The notes beneath the pieces were generated by a model. The model did not search any database, had not been told where the DNA came from, and saw nothing but the letters and a program-made list of their open reading frames with translations. 64,000 nucleotides of DNA from positions 4,160,001-4,224,000 of the forward strand of contig OZ242374.1 of assembly GCA_965209055.1 (NCBI GenBank), read 5' to 3'. Positions 17,469 to 26,820 of this stretch are shown here, piece after piece (the stretch's first letter is position 1; each line of letters opens with the position of its first letter). The position numbers and the translations under genes were made by a program. Source of the stretch: Acidobacteriota bacterium (lineage in GTDB: Bacteria; Acidobacteriota; UBA6911; RPQK01; JAJDTT01).

Positions 17469-19500
17469 CGGAACTTCACTGCCCCCCAAACCCTAGCAAA
17501 TCATTGAAATAGCGCCGGTTACGGTTCGCTAGGCTCACTCTCTAACTGGATATTTGTTTCCATGTATGGGATCGGTGTGTTTGTCAGTATTATCCTGTAT
17601 CATTTGCATATCAGTGCTCATTACTGTTTCCATGTAAGAGGTCGCCTCCCCATGTCCTACCACGTCGATGTCATCCCCAACCGCAACAGTCCCCCTGCCA
17701 TCCTCTTCCGCCACGCCAAACGCGAGGGCAAACGCATCCGCCGCACCACCCTCGCCAACCTCTCCAAGCTCCCCCCGGAGATCGTCGACGGCATCCGCGC
17801 CCTGCTCAAGGGTGGTCAAGTCTTCCACCCCCTGGACGACACCCTCTCCATTCGCCGCGCCCTGCCCCACGGCCATGTCGCCGCTCTCCTCGGCCTCGCC
17901 CGCCAACTCGGTCTGACACGCCTCCTGCACCGCAACCGCAGCCGCAACCGCGACCTCGCCCTCGCCGCCATCGTCGCCCGCGTGCTGGATCCCGCTTCCA
18001 AGCTCGCCACCGCCCGGAACCTGTCTCCCCAGACCGCCACCACCAGCCTCGGCCCGCTCCTCGGCCTCGGGCCGGTCCACGGCAACGAGATGCTCGGCAT
18101 GCTCGACTGGTTGGTTCGCCGCCAGGTCTGGATCGAGAAGAGCTTGGCGCGACGGCATCTGGAGGGCCGGACCCTGCTGCTTTACGACGTCTCCTCCAGC
18201 TATCTGGAGGGACGCTCCTGTCCTCTGGCCGCGTTCGGCCATAACCGGGACGGCAAGAAAGGCAAGCCCCAGATCGTCTTCGGTCTGCTGTGCGCCGAGG
18301 ACGGCTGCCCGCTGGCCGTGGAGGTCTTCTCCGGCAACACGGGGGATCCGAAGACGGTGGCGTCGCAGGTCGAGAAGATCCAGGGGCGTTTCGGCATCGA
18401 GTCCATCGCCTTGGTCGGGGATCGGGGCATGCTCACCACGGCGCGGCTGCGCGAGGATCTCTCACCGGCCGGACTGGCCTGGATCTCGGCCTTGAGAACC
18501 GACGCCATCCGCAAGCTGATGCGGCCGTCCAAATCGGGCACTGAAGGGGATCAACCGGCTCCGTTGCGGCCGGGCGAGTTGGTTCCGGACCGGGTCGCGG
18601 AGATCCTCAGCCCGGAATTTCCCGGAGAACGCTTGCTGGTCTGCCTCAATCCCCGCTTGCGCCAGGACCGCGCCCGCAAGCGGGAGGAACTGCTCCGCGC
18701 GACCGAAAAGATCCTGGAGACAATCGCCAAGGCTGTGCGCTCCCCGAGATCGCGGCTGCGCGGCCAACAGGCGATCAACCGCCGGGTGGGCCGGGACGTG
18801 AACCGCAAGAAGGTCGCCAAGCACTTCCGGATCGAGGTGAGAGACGACGACATCCGCTGGTCCAGGAACCAGGAGAAGATCGACGCGGAGGCCCAACTGG
18901 ATGGCATCTACATCGTGCGCACCAGCCTGGCGGCCTCCGAGATCGGGGCCTCGGAGGCGGTGGAGGCGTACAAGAGTCTCTCCCGGGTGGAACGGGCGTT
19001 TCGCTCGCTCAAGACGGCGCAGCTGGCCCTGCGCCCGGTGTACGTCTACAGCGAGGCCCATGTGCGCGGGCATGTCTTTCTGTGTCTGCTGGCGTATTAC
19101 CTGGAGTGGCACCTGCGACGAGCCCTGGCGCCGCTGCTGTTCGAGGAGGAGGATCGGGCCGGGGCGCGAGCGCTGCGGAAATCCCCGGTGGAAAAAGCGC
19201 AGGTGTCCGAGCGCACGAAGGCCAAGGCCGCACGCAAACGGACCACTGACGGGCTCCCGGTGCAGAGCCTCCGGACGCTGCTGGCGAATCTCGGAACGCT
19301 CACCCTGAACCAGGTGGCTCTGCCGAACGCCCCGCAGCATCCGTTTGCGATGTTCGCCAAGCCGACGCCGGTGCAGGCGAAGGCTTTCGATTTGCTCGGC
19401 GTGGATCCGACCCGATTTGTTGCCAGTAAATGGCCAGGTTGATTTCTTCTATCTTCCTGATAGAGAAACAGTTAGACCGACTACCCGAAGTGAAGTTCCG
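17469..19500 (+). mobile_element. Intact IS1634-family insertion sequence
   Basis: Perfect 12-bp terminal inverted repeats cggaacttcact (17469-17480) and agtgaagttccg (19489-19500); 6-bp target duplication gttagt at 17463-17468 and 19501-19506; single transposase. Confidence 0.9.
17652..19442 (+). CDS. IS1634 family DDE transposase
   Basis: RRTTLANLSKLP, LLYDVSSSYLEG, GHNRDGK, VGDRGM, YKSLSRVERAFRSLK, VRGHVFLCLLAYY. Confidence 0.9.
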   Translation: MSYHVDVIPNRNSPPAILFRHAKREGKRIRRTTLANLSKLPPEIVDGIRALLKGGQVFHPLDDTLSIRRALPHGHVAALLGLARQLGLTRLLHRNRSRNRDLALAAIVARVLDPASKLATARNLSPQTATTSLGPLLGLGPVHGNEMLGMLDWLVRRQVWIEKSLARRHLEGRTLLLYDVSSSYLEGRSCPLAAFGHNRDGKKGKPQIVFGLLCAEDGCPLAVEVFSGNTGDPKTVASQVEKIQGRFGIESIALVGDRGMLTTARLREDLSPAGLAWISALRTDAIRKLMRPSKSGTEGDQPAPLRPGELVPDRVAEILSPEFPGERLLVCLNPRLRQDRARKREELLRATEKILETIAKAVRSPRSRLRGQQAINRRVGRDVNRKKVAKHFRIEVRDDDIRWSRNQEKIDAEAQLDGIYIVRTSLAASEIGASEAVEAYKSLSRVERAFRSLKTAQLALRPVYVYSEAHVRGHVFLCLLAYYLEWHLRRALAPLLFEEEDRAGARALRKSPVEKAQVSERTKAKAARKRTTDGLPVQSLRTLLANLGTLTLNQVALPNAPQHPFAMFAKPTPVQAKAFDLLGVDPTRFVASKWPG

Positions 19501-19519
19501 GTTAGTCCCCCATAGCGGA

Positions 19520-19652
19520 GGGGGACGTCAAGTCCCCCGACCCGAGAATCTTCGGCTGCTGGTTGTCGCAGGTCCTGTTCGGCGGTCAATAAGCGTATTG
19601 GGGGACTGTCGTCCCCCTACCCCCCAGTCGGCGACAAGGATGTCGCCGCTCC
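19520..19652. repeat. Cluster of REP-like GGAG/GTAG-tagged palindromes
   Basis: gggggacgtcaagtccccc (19520-19538), gggggactgtcgtccccc-tac (19600-19620) and ggcgacaaggatgtcgcc-gctcc (19630-19652), between convergent genes. Confidence 0.6.
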
Positions 19653-19653
19653 T

Positions 19654-20592
19654 CTACTCCGAATAGACCGGGTGGCTCAGGTAGCGTTCGCCCAGGTCGC
19701 AGACCATGGCGACGACGCGGGCGCCCCTCCCCAGCCTTCGGGCGACCTGGAGCGCGGCCCAGCAGTTGGAACCGGACGAGATACCCGCAAAGATGCCCTC
19801 TTTGCGGGCCAGGTCCCGGGTGACGAGGCGGGCGTCCTCGAAATCGACGTGGATGATCTCGTCGATGACGTTGCGATTCAGGACCGACGGGACGAATCCG
19901 GCTCCGATCCCCTGGATCTCGTGGGGACCCGGTTCGCCTCCCGCCAGCACGGGGGAGTCCGCCGGCTCGACGGCGACGATCAGGACGTTTCCCAATTCCT
20001 TTTTCAGGATCTCGCCCACTCCCGTGATGGTGCCTCCCGTTCCCACGCCCGCTACGAACGCATCCAACCTCCCGTCCGTCGCCTCCAGGATCTCCAGGGC
20101 CGTGGTGTGACGGTGAACCCGGGGATTGGCCGGGTTGTTGAACTGTTGCGGCATGTAGGCATCGGGGAGCCGGCTCACCAGTTCTTCCGCCTTGTCAATG
20201 GCGGCGGTCATCCCCCGGACCTCGGGGGTCAGGACCAGTTCGGCGCCCATGGCCTGAAGGACCCGTCTGCGTTCCATGGACATGGTGTCGGGCATGGTCA
20301 GGATCAACCGGTACCCCATGACGGCCGAGGCCATGGCCAGGCCGATCCCCGTGTTGCCGCTGGTGGGTTCGACGATGACGGTCTTTCCCGGTTGGATCCT
20401 GCCTTCGTCCTGGGCCTGCTTCAGCATGGCGTAGGCGATCCTGTCCTTGACGCTGAAGGAGGGATTCAGGGATTCCAGCTTCAACAGGACCTCGGCGGAT
20501 CCGGGACGAGTCAGGCGCTGGACCCGCACCAGCGGCGTGTTGCCGATCAGTTCGAGGATGTTGTCTGCCAGCAGGGGGCGGTGACGGGGCAT
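19654..20592 (-). CDS. cysK: Cysteine synthase A
   Basis: IGNTPLV, KLESLNPSFSVKDRIA, EPTSGNTGIGLA, QQFNNPAN, GVGTGGT, IQGIGAG, GERYLS. Confidence 0.93.
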   Translation of the reverse strand: MPRHRPLLADNILELIGNTPLVRVQRLTRPGSAEVLLKLESLNPSFSVKDRIAYAMLKQAQDEGRIQPGKTVIVEPTSGNTGIGLAMASAVMGYRLILTMPDTMSMERRRVLQAMGAELVLTPEVRGMTAAIDKAEELVSRLPDAYMPQQFNNPANPRVHRHTTALEILEATDGRLDAFVAGVGTGGTITGVGEILKKELGNVLIVAVEPADSPVLAGGEPGPHEIQGIGAGFVPSVLNRNVIDEIIHVDFEDARLVTRDLARKEGIFAGISSGSNCWAALQVARRLGRGARVVAMVCDLGERYLSHPVYSE

Positions 20593-20631
20593 GGGTAAAG
20601 TTGGATGACGGCCAACCGGCCAGCCCCGGGT

Positions 20632-22056
20632 TCAGGCCAGGATTTCGTGGACCACGCGGCCGTGGACGTCGGTCAGACTCTCGTCGCGGCCCCCGAATCG
20701 ATAGACCAGGCGCTCATGGTCCAGCCCCAGCAGATGCAGGATGGTGGCGTGCAGGTCGTGGACGGTGGTCTTGTTTTCCACCACGGTCTTGCCGATATCA
20801 TCGGTCCGGCCATACACGGTCCCCCCCTTGACTCCACCGCCGGCCATCCAGATGGTGAAGGCCGTCTCCAGATGGTCGCGTCCGTCTCCGTTGGTTCCGG
20901 TGTCCACCGTGCGGCCGAACTCGGTGCCCCAGATGACCAGCGTCTCATCCAACATTCCTCTGGACTTGAGGTCCTTGATCAGGGCGGCCACCGACTGATC
21001 CGCCACCAGGGCGTTCCCCTCATGTCCTTTCTTCAGGTTGGTGTGCTGGTCCCACGTGCCGTTGGTGGCGCCGAAAAGGACGGGCGGCGTCACCTCCACG
21101 AAACGGACGCCCGACTCGATCAGCCGCCGCGCCCGGAGGCATTGCAGGGCATAGTTCCGCTGGTCCTTGTTGGAGGTGTCCAGGCCGTAGAGCCGCTTGG
21201 TAGCTTCCGTTTCGCGAGACAGGTCCAGCACATCGGGGACGAGGGACTGCATCCGGTAGGCCATTTCGTAGTTTCGGATGGCCGACTCGACGGCGTCGTT
21301 TCTGCCGGCCTCGGCCAGAAAATCCCGATCCTGGTCCAGCAACACCGACAACTTGGTGTTCTGGATGGCGCCCTCGTCGGCGGGGACCAGGTTCTCGATG
21401 GGTGTCCCCTCCGCCTTTACAGGCAACGCCTGGTGGGTTGCGGGGAGGAAGCCGTTGGAGAAGTTCTCCAATCCTCCCGGCGGGATCGACGTGGCTTCAG
21501 GGTGGAGAAGGACGTATCCGGGCAGGTTCTTGTTCTCGCTCCCCAGCGCGTAGGTGATCCAGGATCCCAGACTCGGGTAACCGCCGACGTTGCGGCCGGT
21601 GTGGAAAAGGATGTTGCCGCGCGGGTGCAGCGGGAAGTTGGAGACCATGGAGCGAACAATGGCCAGATCATCCACGCAGGTGGCGAGGTGAGGAAAGAGC
21701 TCACTCACGGGGATCCCCGATTTCCCGTATTTCCTGAAGGTCCAGTGACAACCCTGATAGGTCCGGATCCCGTCGCCGGAGGGCTTGCCGTGCAACTCGT
21801 TCAGCTTGGGTTTGGGATCGAAGGTGTCCATCTGCGAGACACCGCCGGGCATGAAACAGAGGATGACGTTCTTGACCTTGGGCTCGAAATGGGTCGGTGG
21901 AGTCGGGACCAGACCAGCGTAGCCGTCTTCAGCCATGAGAGCGGACAGGGCGGTCAGTCCGAACCCGTTGGCGCTCAACGACAGCATCTGGCGCCGTGTC
22001 AGCGGAGCGCCGAGGCAACCCGGACAAAGGCCTTGTTCCTTGTTTTGCTGGGTCAT
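20632..22056 (-). CDS. DUF1501 domain protein (Tat-exported, sulfatase-like)
   Basis: TRRQML Tat motif, [46 protein letters not shown]. Confidence 0.88.
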   Translation of the reverse strand: MTQQNKEQGLCPGCLGAPLTRRQMLSLSANGFGLTALSALMAEDGYAGLVPTPPTHFEPKVKNVILCFMPGGVSQMDTFDPKPKLNELHGKPSGDGIRTYQGCHWTFRKYGKSGIPVSELFPHLATCVDDLAIVRSMVSNFPLHPRGNILFHTGRNVGGYPSLGSWITYALGSENKNLPGYVLLHPEATSIPPGGLENFSNGFLPATHQALPVKAEGTPIENLVPADEGAIQNTKLSVLLDQDRDFLAEAGRNDAVESAIRNYEMAYRMQSLVPDVLDLSRETEATKRLYGLDTSNKDQRNYALQCLRARRLIESGVRFVEVTPPVLFGATNGTWDQHTNLKKGHEGNALVADQSVAALIKDLKSRGMLDETLVIWGTEFGRTVDTGTNGDGRDHLETAFTIWMAGGGVKGGTVYGRTDDIGKTVVENKTTVHDLHATILHLLGLDHERLVYRFGGRDESLTDVHGRVVHEILA

Positions 22057-22060
22057 GGCA

Positions 22061-25000
22061 TTACCTCAGGTAGATGAACTCTTTCGTGTTGAAGAGACTG
22101 TGGGCCACGTCCTTCCAAATCACTTTGCTGGCCAGGATATGCTCTTGCGGAACCTGATACAAGCGTCCCAGCTTCCGGGCCAGCTCTCCGAAACGGGCCA
22201 CCTCTTCGGCACTCGGGGGCCGGGAGAACGCCTTGACAAACATTCGTTCCAAGCGTTCCTCCAGCGTCCCCCCTTCGTGTTCCAGAAGCCTGTCGGCCCA
22301 AAAATCCGCCTGTTGGATCACAAAGGGATCATTGAGCATGGCGAGAGCCTGGGAGGGCACGTTCGTCACGTCCCGACGCCCTCTGGAGACGGAGGGGACG
22401 GGAAAATCGAAGAGTTCCAGAAACCGGGGGCCCTCCATGCGGGTGACCCGCAGGTAAACGCTCCGGCGCCCGTGCCCGTCCAGTGGACCGGCGTGGAGCT
22501 TCCGGTACTCCTTCGTCTTCAGCCGATAGGGTTCGATGCTGGGACCGTAGCGCAAGGGATCGAAACGGCCCGAAGTGGCCAGAATAGAGTCACGTATGGC
22601 CTCGGCCTCAAGGCGCCGGACCGGGTAATGGTGCAGAAGCCGGTTCTCAGGGTCGATCCGCGGGGCTGCCTCGGACGCCCGGCTCGACTGTTGGAAAGCC
22701 TGGGTAAGGACCAGCCGCCGGACCAGCCGTTTCAGGGACCAACCGTCGGCGATGAACCGGTTCGCCAGATGGTCGAGTAGCTGGGCGTGGGAGGGACGCT
22801 CCCCGAAGTTGCCGAAGTCGTTGATTGTGGCTACCAGGCCTCGTCCGAAAAGGTAGTTCCAGACCCGGTTGACCATGACCCGTGCGGTGAGGGGGTTCCG
22901 GGGAGAGGCAATGAGACCCGCCAGCTCCTGCCGGCCGCTTCCGTTGGATTCGAGGGTCCGTCCCCCGGTGAGCGCGGTCAGGTAGCGGCGCGGTACGGGG
23001 TCCCCCGGATTCTCGGCGTCACCGCTTTTCAGCAGGGAATAGTCCCGCCCCGAACCCATGTCCAGCAACGAGTTGATGGTCTGGGGTTGAGAAATGCCGG
23101 ATTCGATGCCTCGGTACTCGGCAATCAATTGCGAGAGTCTGGGAGTGAGGTTGATGGAATTGTCCACCAGGTGGTTCGTTGCCAGCCAATGAATCCAGCG
23201 GACGTCGTTCTCGCTGGGGGCTCCCTGGGCCCACGCTTCAAGGGCCTGGCGGCTTCGCTCGGAATAGCGCCGGGCGGCTTCCAGGGGTTTCCGGGGAGCC
23301 GGATCTCGAAACAAGGGCAGCAAGTGGGACAGGTCTTTGTGGGGAGGTTCCTCCACGTCGTGGAGCATCGCCCGGGCAATGCCGAAATAGGATCCGGGCG
23401 CCGCCATCTTCTCCTCGGTGAATCCCTTGATTCTCTTTGGCCGGTCCGGGAGCCGGGGATTGCTGGTCTTGGTGACCAGCTCGACGTAGACGGGAAACCG
23501 CTCTTTGTCCTGAAGAGTCGAGATCTTCTGCCAGTTCAAGTCTGTGCTGTCGAAGACTTCGACGCCCTCGCCCAGCATGCAGTTGTCCACCACCGCCCGG
23601 CGCCCTCCCAGCATTCCACCCATGACCTGGAGACTGAGGAACTTCCTCTCCTTGGTCAGGTAGGGGGAGCGGAGCGCTCCGTTGAGCCGTTCCGATAGGG
23701 TATGCGTGTAGATTCCCGCCGGATAGACGCCGGAGACCGCCTCCGGTCCTTCCGGGGCCACGACGAATTCTCCGTTCTCCGATCGGCCTTCGAGCAATCC
23801 CACCCCCTCGGGGTACCAGTCGCTCAGAGACAGGGAAGTGAAGTTCTCCGTGTTATAGGCCTGGCGGTCGCGGATCTCTTTCAAGTGCTTCGGCGCAACC
23901 TTTTGCCACAGTGCCTGAAACCGTTCCGGCGCCAGCCCCCCTTCGCACGTGACCGTCGACCAGGGATAGAGAAAGCTTTCCGGATCGACGCTCTCCTTCT
24001 GGAGCGCCTGGATCCATCTTTCCAGGCGTTGGGGCTGGAGATCCGGGCCGGCATCCGCCGACTTCAGATCGACCGGGGCCTGTGCCGCCAGGAGATAGGC
24101 CGGAATCTCCTCGACCTGCTTCAACCAGGCCTCAGCCAGCTCCGAGCGAATCTGCGGCTTCAGGGCCCGCAGGCGCTGCATCAACGGAGACTGGGAACCA
24201 CCCGTGTCCAGCGTGCTGGTGACCGGACGGGCACTGTTCAGGATCCCGTACAGTGCGTAGTAGTCTTCGATGGGAATGGGATCCAGCTTGTGGTCGTGAC
24301 AGCGCGCGCAGGCCACGGAGAGTCCCTGGAAGGCCCGGGTGAGGGTGTCGATCTGGTCGTCCACGACATCGGTGCGTATTTCGCGGAACTCGATGCAGTC
24401 GTCGTGCCCCATTTCACCCATGAGGAGGAATGCCGAACCGGTGGCGGATTCGTTGATTCCCAGCGGGACGTTGATCCGGGGGTCTTCCAGCAGGTCGCCG
24501 GCGACATGTTCCCTTACCAGTTGATCGTAGGGGACGTCCTGGTTGAAGGCGCGGATCAGGTAGTCGCGGTAGCGCCAGGCGCCCTTGACGATGTAGTTCC
24601 ACTCGTATCCGTAGGTCTCGGCGAAACGCACCACGTCCATCCAGTGACGCGCCCAATGTTCCCCGAAGTGGGGAGAATCCAGGAGACGGTCCACGAAGTT
24701 GGCGTAGGCCTGCCCGGACCGGTCCCGGAGCAGCTCTTCCACGCTGGCCGGATCCGGCGGCAGTCCCACGACCGAGAAACTGAGGCGCCGGGCCAGGGTA
24801 CGGAGATCGGCCCGCTCCGCCGGCTCCAGTCCCTCCTTGCGGAGCGCCGCCAGCAGAAAGCGATCGACCGGTGTTCCGGACCAGCTCTGATGATCCACCT
24901 GCGGAGGTTCGGGATCGGCAACCGGCTGGAAGGCCCAGTGCTCCCGGGTCAGGCGGGCGTAAAAATCGGGTTCGTTGGTCACGTCGGGAACCGCGGGCCA

Positions 25001-25561
25001 CGGGGCTCCCATCCGGACCCAGCTCTCCAAGTGATCGATCTCGGCGTCGGCGAGCATGCGGCCCAGGGGCATCTTCAGGTCCTGATGCCGGACGGCCTGG
25101 ATGATCAGGCTCCGGTCCGGATCACCGGGAACCAGAGCGGACCCTCGAAGACCACCCTTCATGAGGGCTTCGCGGGAATCGACTCTGAGTGAGGAGAGCT
25201 GCTGATTGCCGCCATGGCAGGAGTAGCAGTTTTCGACCAAGAGAGGACGGACCTTGGTTTCGAAGAACTCCATGGCCTCGCGGTCGCCTTTGGCGCCGGA
25301 TGGCGCCGGCACAAGGGAGCGGCCATTGGCGAGGACCAGGAACGGCAGCAGAAACAGAATCGCCAAGAGGCGGAGCCTGAGGTTTGGAATCGCGATGGTA
25401 CAGGGAATCAGCACGTTTCGTACCCGCGCCCAAACGATAGCATATCTTTCTGTCTTCGACGCACTTTGCCGGCGTTGGATCAACAACTTGCACGAGATCC
25501 CGGCAGCGCCGGTTTGCGCTGCCGCCGGTGTTCGGATAGGGTCTCGATGCTGTGTAGTCAA
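22061..25561 (-). CDS. Planctomycete cytochrome c / DUF1549 / DUF1553 (PSCyt1/2, PSD1) protein; true start probably about 150-200 nt downstream
   Basis: FFETKVRPLLVENCYSCHG, HWAFQP, GEHWARHWMDVVRFAE, CARCHDHK, NPLTARVMVNRVW, RRLEAEAIRD. Confidence 0.88.
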   Translation of the reverse strand: MTTQHRDPIRTPAAAQTGAAGISCKLLIQRRQSASKTERYAIVWARVRNVLIPCTIAIPNLRLRLLAILFLLPFLVLANGRSLVPAPSGAKGDREAMEFFETKVRPLLVENCYSCHGGNQQLSSLRVDSREALMKGGLRGSALVPGDPDRSLIIQAVRHQDLKMPLGRMLADAEIDHLESWVRMGAPWPAVPDVTNEPDFYARLTREHWAFQPVADPEPPQVDHQSWSGTPVDRFLLAALRKEGLEPAERADLRTLARRLSFSVVGLPPDPASVEELLRDRSGQAYANFVDRLLDSPHFGEHWARHWMDVVRFAETYGYEWNYIVKGAWRYRDYLIRAFNQDVPYDQLVREHVAGDLLEDPRINVPLGINESATGSAFLLMGEMGHDDCIEFREIRTDVVDDQIDTLTRAFQGLSVACARCHDHKLDPIPIEDYYALYGILNSARPVTSTLDTGGSQSPLMQRLRALKPQIRSELAEAWLKQVEEIPAYLLAAQAPVDLKSADAGPDLQPQRLERWIQALQKESVDPESFLYPWSTVTCEGGLAPERFQALWQKVAPKHLKEIRDRQAYNTENFTSLSLSDWYPEGVGLLEGRSENGEFVVAPEGPEAVSGVYPAGIYTHTLSERLNGALRSPYLTKERKFLSLQVMGGMLGGRRAVVDNCMLGEGVEVFDSTDLNWQKISTLQDKERFPVYVELVTKTSNPRLPDRPKRIKGFTEEKMAAPGSYFGIARAMLHDVEEPPHKDLSHLLPLFRDPAPRKPLEAARRYSERSRQALEAWAQGAPSENDVRWIHWLATNHLVDNSINLTPRLSQLIAEYRGIESGISQPQTINSLLDMGSGRDYSLLKSGDAENPGDPVPRRYLTALTGGRTLESNGSGRQELAGLIASPRNPLTARVMVNRVWNYLFGRGLVATINDFGNFGERPSHAQLLDHLANRFIADGWSLKRLVRRLVLTQAFQQSSRASEAAPRIDPENRLLHHYPVRRLEAEAIRDSILATSGRFDPLRYGPSIEPYRLKTKEYRKLHAGPLDGHGRRSVYLRVTRMEGPRFLELFDFPVPSVSRGRRDVTNVPSQALAMLNDPFVIQQADFWADRLLEHEGGTLEERLERMFVKAFSRPPSAEEVARFGELARKLGRLYQVPQEHILASKVIWKDVAHSLFNTKEFIYLR

Positions 25562-25605
25562 ACCCTATGGGAACGGCTTTTTCGCGGACTCGCGGGGAGG
25601 GAAAG

Positions 25606-26808
25606 ATGGATGCCATCAAGAGCGGATCCTGCTCGGTGGTCGCGGGTGTTGTCTCTCTGATGGTCCTTGCCGGGACCCTCTCCTGTGGCCCGCCTCCCGA
25701 CGAATCGAAGGAAACCATGGAGCCCGAACGCCTTTTTTCCCCGAGCTTGTCTTCCGCCGACTTCGGGACCACTCCCGACGGCGAGAGCGTCCGGATCTAC
25801 ACCTTGACGAATTCCGCCGGCATCGAAGTCCGGATCATCACTTACGGCGGCATCATCGTCTCCCTCCGAACCCCCGACCGGGACGGCAACTTCGACGACA
25901 TCGTCCTGGGATTCGACTCATTGGAAGGCTATCTCGCCAAGCACCCATACTTCGGCACCTTGGTGGGACGCTACGCCAACCGCATTTCCAACGGCCGATT
26001 CACGCTGGACGGAGTCGAGTACGAATTGGCCCGAAACAACGGGGACAACCACATCCACGGCGGCATCAAGGGATTCGACAAGGTGGTCTGGCGGGACCGG
26101 CCGGTCGAGGACGAAAACGGTGTCGGCATCGTCCTCGAGTACACCAGCGCGGACGGCGAGGAAGGGTACCCCGGCAAGCTGGACGTCCAGGTGACCTATA
26201 CGCTGACCGACGACAACGAACTGATCTGCGACTATCGCGCCACCACGGACCGGGCCACGCCCATCAACCTGACCCAGCACTCCTACTTCAACCTGGCGGG
26301 CCAGGGAACGGGGAACGTGCTACGGCACATCCTGGAGTTGAACGCCGCGGCATTCACTCCCAACGATGCCGAACTCATCCCCACGGGCGAGATCCGGCCG
26401 GTGGAAGGCACCCCTTTCGACTTCAGGGCCGAGATGCCCATCGGAGCGCGAATCAATTCTCCCCATGAGCAGATCCAAATCGGGGGCGGGTACGATCACA
26501 ATTTCGTCTTGAACCAGGAGGACGAGGGTCCGTCGCCGGCGGCAAGAGTCAGGGAACCGATGACGGGACGCGTGATGGAAGTGCACACGACCGAGCCCGG
26601 CGTCCAGCTCTATACCGGCAACTTCCTGGACGGGACGCTGACCGGCAAGGGTGGACGCGTTTACGAGCGCCGCTCCGGCTTCTGCCTGGAAACCCAGCAC
26701 TATCCGGATTCACCCAACCGGCCCGAGTTTCCCTCCACGATCCTGAGACCGGGTGAGATCTACGAGTCCCGGACCATGTTCAAGTTTCCCGACGTCCGGG
26801 GAACCTGA
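25606..26808 (+). CDS. galM: Aldose 1-epimerase (mutarotase), probable lipoprotein
   Basis: GRYANRI, HIHGG, GEEGYPG, NLTQHSYFNL, GYDHNF, FCLETQHYPDSPN; LSC lipobox-like sequence. Confidence 0.92.
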   Translation: MDAIKSGSCSVVAGVVSLMVLAGTLSCGPPPDESKETMEPERLFSPSLSSADFGTTPDGESVRIYTLTNSAGIEVRIITYGGIIVSLRTPDRDGNFDDIVLGFDSLEGYLAKHPYFGTLVGRYANRISNGRFTLDGVEYELARNNGDNHIHGGIKGFDKVVWRDRPVEDENGVGIVLEYTSADGEEGYPGKLDVQVTYTLTDDNELICDYRATTDRATPINLTQHSYFNLAGQGTGNVLRHILELNAAAFTPNDAELIPTGEIRPVEGTPFDFRAEMPIGARINSPHEQIQIGGGYDHNFVLNQEDEGPSPAARVREPMTGRVMEVHTTEPGVQLYTGNFLDGTLTGKGGRVYERRSGFCLETQHYPDSPNRPEFPSTILRPGEIYESRTMFKFPDVRGT

Positions 26809-26820
26809 GGCGTCGCGGGC

